From a virus: 25,982 nt of DNA. The stretch is from the IMG/VR virus record IMGVR_UViG_3300044648_000427. The stretch is one strand, 5' to 3'. This document shows, piece after piece, positions 22,077-25,982 of this stretch (position 1 is the stretch's first letter; the number at the start of each line of letters is the position of its first letter). The notes beneath the pieces are model-generated. The model saw nothing but the letters and a program-made list of their open reading frames with translations. It made no database searches and had not been told where the DNA came from. The position numbers were made by a program, and so were the translations under genes.

Positions 22077-24206
22077 TTATTGATTAGACCAATTAACCTT
22101 AATATAATTTATAAGTAAAGCAATCATTTCTTTATCTGATTTGTCAGGGAACCCACCAGCTAATCTTATTATTCCTTCAAGGTGAGTAAGTATTCCTACT
22201 ATAGTTTCATTTAATCCAACAGTAGGTTCATTAATGCCTCTTGATGTTACATAGATTCTAGATAAGACTTCAGCTACTGATACATTTACCAGTATAGGAC
22301 GGACTGAATCAAATGCTCTTTGTATCGAATCATTTATATTAATGAGATTTTCTTCTATTGATCGTGGATATAGTTTAGATCTTATTACCGCTTCTTCAAT
22401 ATCGGTGTCTTCTGATAATGTTCTGAAAGCAGTTAATAATCTATTTAATGTTTCATTAATGGTTATTGCTGATTCAGAAATTGTACGAACAGTAACAACA
22501 AGTCCTGTTAGTGTTTGATTAACATTTACAGTTTGTGATAGGGTACGTGAAGTACTGAAACTTTTTACTAACGATTCATTAATGGTTGTAGTTTGTGGCA
22601 ATGAACGAGATGCAGCATACAGTCTGTTTAGGGTTTGATTAATTGTCACACTTTCTTCAATTGTTCGAACGATTGTTTCACGTGCACCTGTTAGATTTTC
22701 ACTAATATCAGTGTCTTCTAATAATGTTCGGAAGGTTGCTAAAAGTCTTACTAGTGCTTCAGTACTTTCTATTGTATTTTCAGTAATCGTACGAACGGTA
22801 GAATAAACTTTGGTTAATGTTTCACTAATTGGTACATTCTGAGAAATTGAGCGTATGGAAGTTAGTAATCTAGTAATATTTTCGCTTATTGGAACGGTTT
22901 CGGATGGGGAACGAATTGAACCTAAAATTCTGCTAATTGTTTGATCAACGGTGATTGCAGTTTCAGTTATAGATCTTAATAATATTATTATTGCTGTAAC
23001 TGAATCATTAACAGTTACATTTTGATTTATACTACGTATAGTTGAAAAGCTTTTTGCAACTTCTCCAGTTATACCTTCATTTTCCGTAACGGTACGGATT
23101 GCAGCTAAAGTAGTAGCTACGATTTGATTTACATTGATTTGAGTTTCAGATATGGATTTAATAAATCCTAAAATTCTTTGTACTGCATCATCTTCAGGAG
23201 TATTTTCAGATACTGATCGTAAAGCTCCTAATATTCTAACAACTGTTTGATTAACTGTAATTGCGTCTTCCGTTATTGAAAGTGGACTAGTTCTTAATCT
23301 TGATAAAGTTTCATCAACGGTTAATGCATCTTCAGTTGGGGAACGTAAAGCTCCCAAGACCCTAATAAGTGTTTGGTTAATTGTAATCGCATCTTCAGTT
23401 ATTGTTCTTGGTATATGTCTTAATCTTGAAACAGTATCATCAGTTGTAATCGCATCTTCTGTTATGGAACGTAAGAATCCTGCTCCTGCACCTTTAGCAC
23501 CAAATAAACTATCTATTACTACTTCAGGGAACTCAACGCAGCTAACGGAATAATTAAATACTGTTGGGCCGCTGGGGGTATGTGTGCCTGAAACCGAATC
23601 ATCCTCTTCTACCGCTGTTTCCGATATTGACCCTATAACTCCTAAAATTCTTGCTATCTCTTCACTTACGCTTATTGATGATTCAGTAATATCACCATTG
23701 AAATTTTGTGGTATAATTAATGGAGTCGAAATTTCATCATTTGTACTTCCGAGATTTGTTCCTACACCGATGTTTTGAGTACCACAAGCACTTGTAGTGA
23801 GTGTAAATTCTACTGCGAATCTATCAGTTGATTGTCTACCTACTGGATTTTGTGTGCCATCACTCCATGCTATTGTATTTGATTTGACTCCTGTTGTACC
23901 ACAAGAAACGGAAATAGCACCGGAAGATTTAGATGCTCTTTCAGTTGTTCCATCAGAAGCGTAACGAATAAGACGAACTAATGTAATATTAAAATTGGTA
24001 TTTGCTGTTGTAACTCTATACCTCCATGTATAAGTTCCATTATCCCAATCAGTAATTCCTAGTCCAGCAGTTCCCCAAATTCTAGTTACGCTACCAGCAT
24101 TAGATCTACCATAAGTTAATGTAGCACCTGTACCTGTTGTAAGTGTCATATCATTTTGGATTGAACCTACAATATTGGTAGTAGTATCACATTTTATTAA
24201 ATCCAT
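22077..24206 (-). CDS. Fibre/stalk protein: N-terminal beta domain + roughly 24 repeats of 20-21 aa
   Basis: Repeat consensus R(S/T)I(S/T)ExxI(T/S)(I/V)(N/D)x(T/S)(L/V)xRxLxxx. Confidence 0.8.
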   Translation of the reverse strand: MDLIKCDTTTNIVGSIQNDMTLTTGTGATLTYGRSNAGSVTRIWGTAGLGITDWDNGTYTWRYRVTTANTNFNITLVRLIRYASDGTTERASKSSGAISVSCGTTGVKSNTIAWSDGTQNPVGRQSTDRFAVEFTLTTSACGTQNIGVGTNLGSTNDEISTPLIIPQNFNGDITESSISVSEEIARILGVIGSISETAVEEDDSVSGTHTPSGPTVFNYSVSCVEFPEVVIDSLFGAKGAGAGFLRSITEDAITTDDTVSRLRHIPRTITEDAITINQTLIRVLGALRSPTEDALTVDETLSRLRTSPLSITEDAITVNQTVVRILGALRSVSENTPEDDAVQRILGFIKSISETQINVNQIVATTLAAIRTVTENEGITGEVAKSFSTIRSINQNVTVNDSVTAIIILLRSITETAITVDQTISRILGSIRSPSETVPISENITRLLTSIRSISQNVPISETLTKVYSTVRTITENTIESTEALVRLLATFRTLLEDTDISENLTGARETIVRTIEESVTINQTLNRLYAASRSLPQTTTINESLVKSFSTSRTLSQTVNVNQTLTGLVVTVRTISESAITINETLNRLLTAFRTLSEDTDIEEAVIRSKLYPRSIEENLININDSIQRAFDSVRPILVNVSVAEVLSRIYVTSRGINEPTVGLNETIVGILTHLEGIIRLAGGFPDKSDKEMIALLINYIKVNWSNQ

Positions 24207-24587
24207 TTAGGGCCTCCATGCAACACATTTTTCATGCAATTTTTTGTAGGTTTTGTCGTCAAGCAATTTTCCAATAAATGTTTTCTTTAAACGTTTAGTA
24301 TTTTTAGTTTTAATTTTTTCTTTATTAACTCCTCTAAGTTCAACGAAAGTTGTTTCATTTTGATTTTCATCCCAATGAGCTTTTACTAGGAAATTTCCAA
24401 GTTTTTTATAATCTAAATGAACAAAATCATTACCATCTATTATATGTGAATATAGTTTATCATCATAAAAGATCTTGATTGATGTATAAGCTTTATCTTT
24501 CGGTATTTTATCAAAGTCTTTTTTGTTTGATATTTTTCCTTCATAAGTTGTTTCATCTTCGTAAGCGATAAAAATATAATATTCCAT
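24207..24587 (-). CDS. Hypothetical protein between the fibre genes
   Basis: 126 aa, K/D-rich, tightly abutting both neighbours. Confidence 0.65.
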   Translation of the reverse strand: MEYYIFIAYEDETTYEGKISNKKDFDKIPKDKAYTSIKIFYDDKLYSHIIDGNDFVHLDYKKLGNFLVKAHWDENQNETTFVELRGVNKEKIKTKNTKRLKKTFIGKLLDDKTYKKLHEKCVAWRP

Positions 24588-24589
24588 TA

Positions 24590-25981
24590 CTAGCTACCTC
24601 CCTTAAAAGTAAGTAGTGAATAATACCATTTAACATATGCTTCGACTATAATTGCATATGAAGTTCGAAGTACTTGTAATGTTTGATCGATATCTGTATC
24701 TTCAGTTATAGTTTTTGTGATGTTTTGAATTCTTGTTAATGTAGCATCAATTGTAATCGCATCTTCTGATATTGTACGCAAAGTTTCTCGAAGTCTTGTT
24801 ACCGAATCATTTATACTTATTGATGGTTCACTTACAGTTCTTAATGCTCCGAGAATTCTAACTAGAGCATCATCAATTGTAATAGTTCCTTCAGTTATCG
24901 TTTTAATTAAGCCTTGAATTCTTGTAACACTATCATTTATTGTTATTGCATCTTCAGTTATAGATACTCCTCCTGTTTGTTTTGTTCCAGATACACTATC
25001 ATCAGTTGTAATGGCAGTTTCAGCAATAGATCTTAATGCACCAAGAAGTCTAGTTAATGTTTGGTTAATACTAATTGAGGATTCATTTATTGAACGTAAA
25101 GTACCTAAAATTCTTGTAAGTGTTTCACCAGAACTAATCGATGGTTCAGATATCGAACGTAATGCTCCTAATATACGGGTTAAGGTTTGATTAACTGTAA
25201 TCGAGCTTTCAGTAATTGCCCTTGTTGCTCCAAATAGGCGTGTAAGTGTTTGATCAACTGTAATTGCTGGTTCAGATATTGAGCGTGGAACAGATCTAAG
25301 TCCTGTTAAAGTTTGATCAATTGTGATTGATGTTTCAGAGATTAGTCTTAATGCACCTAATAATCGAGTTAAAGTTTCACCATTAGATACAGATGGTTCG
25401 TTTACGGGTCTAATTGCAGCTAATAATCGTGATATGGTTTGATCAACTGTAATTGATGTTTCGGATATTGGCCTATCATAAGATGTTCCTCCTGTTGTTG
25501 AATTACCTAATACAATATAAAAATAACGTCTTGCATTTCCAATATTTGTCCAGTTAATAACAAAACCTGAATTAGTGAAACTATCAATAGTGGCTTCATC
25601 ATCAATTGTTGAAGATGTTGCAGTAGCATTTGGAGTTACATTAAGATACACAGAATCGGTTTCATATCTTGTTGTAGTTACGGCATTGGCAGCAGCATCT
25701 AAATCAGCGGCTACAGTTACAGCTTGAGTCTTTACAGAGGATTCATCTAGAGAAGCGGCACCAAATGAAAAAACGTTATCGGCTTGTATTGCTCCACCTG
25801 TTGCAGTATCACATCCAAATACTATTACCGCTTTTGCTCCATGAGTCATCTCTGTAGGAACTTCAATTGTTGTGTTTCCAGTTGTTGCAGGTTCAAGTGC
25901 TGAAGTAGTAAAATATTCACCACCTCTTAGAGCAAGATATGATTTTACAGTCGCAACAGAGAACGAACTATTTGTAAGTGT
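24590..25981 (-). CDS. Second repeat-fibre protein, 5'-truncated by the window end
   Basis: The frame stays open upstream of the M at 25849 (TLTNSSFSVATVKSYLALRGGEYF...); roughly 13 copies of the same 21-aa repeat. Confidence 0.8.
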   Translation of the reverse strand, partial: TLTNSSFSVATVKSYLALRGGEYFTTSALEPATTGNTTIEVPTEMTHGAKAVIVFGCDTATGGAIQADNVFSFGAASLDESSVKTQAVTVAADLDAAANAVTTTRYETDSVYLNVTPNATATSSTIDDEATIDSFTNSGFVINWTNIGNARRYFYIVLGNSTTGGTSYDRPISETSITVDQTISRLLAAIRPVNEPSVSNGETLTRLLGALRLISETSITIDQTLTGLRSVPRSISEPAITVDQTLTRLFGATRAITESSITVNQTLTRILGALRSISEPSISSGETLTRILGTLRSINESSISINQTLTRLLGALRSIAETAITTDDSVSGTKQTGGVSITEDAITINDSVTRIQGLIKTITEGTITIDDALVRILGALRTVSEPSISINDSVTRLRETLRTISEDAITIDATLTRIQNITKTITEDTDIDQTLQVLRTSYAIIVEAYVKWYYSLLTFKGGS

Positions 25982-25982
25982 G

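Noticed and set aside
23584-23778. 64-aa plus ORF
   Set aside because: Antisense shadow of the repeat-fibre gene
22077-25981. Diversity-generating retroelement or invertible fibre system
   Set aside because: No reverse transcriptase or recombinase in the window and no adenine-specific TR/VR pair seen; the repeats are protein-level tandem repeats
1-25982. Alternative genetic code
   Set aside because: Long genes are intact under the standard code, and TAA, TAG and TGA all act as coupled stops

Overview
AT-rich segment of an archaeal dsDNA virus or provirus, probably tailed. A Nitrososphaerota-type host is my inference only. Evidence for an archaeal host: dozens of purine-rich BRE + TTTAWATA boxes placed almost exactly 30 nt before start codons (leaderless mRNAs), frequent TTG/GTG starts, oligo-T terminators and many Cys-rich microproteins. 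Layout: virion-type genes sit at both ends and are transcribed inward. The left end has membrane proteins and a tail-fibre-like 502-aa protein; the right end has two long 20-21-aa-repeat fibre proteins, a tail-completion-like gene and an adaptor-like gene. The centre is early/accessory, with small genes mostly diverging from a palindrome-rich origin-like locus at about 11.5-11.7 kb. Recognisable enzymes: two GT-A/GT2-like glycosyltransferases, a hexapeptide acyltransferase, an FkbM methyltransferase, PyrE, a SLOG-like protein and a tandem double-HNH nuclease. The most unusual signal is non-coding: a tandem array of ~100-bp promoter-driven micro transcription units at 10.5-11.1 kb (structured sRNAs, an antisense/acidic micropeptide pair, a duplicated promoter), plus further stand-alone structured RNAs at 5.2 kb and 16.8 kb. 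Three of these RNAs end in AGCCA + oligo-U. Also noted: a candidate non-TATA late-promoter motif and a possible stop-readthrough fibre/tail-protein fusion. No capsid, portal, terminase, polymerase, integrase, CRISPR array or canonical tRNA was seen. Family names come from motif recognition, not database searches.
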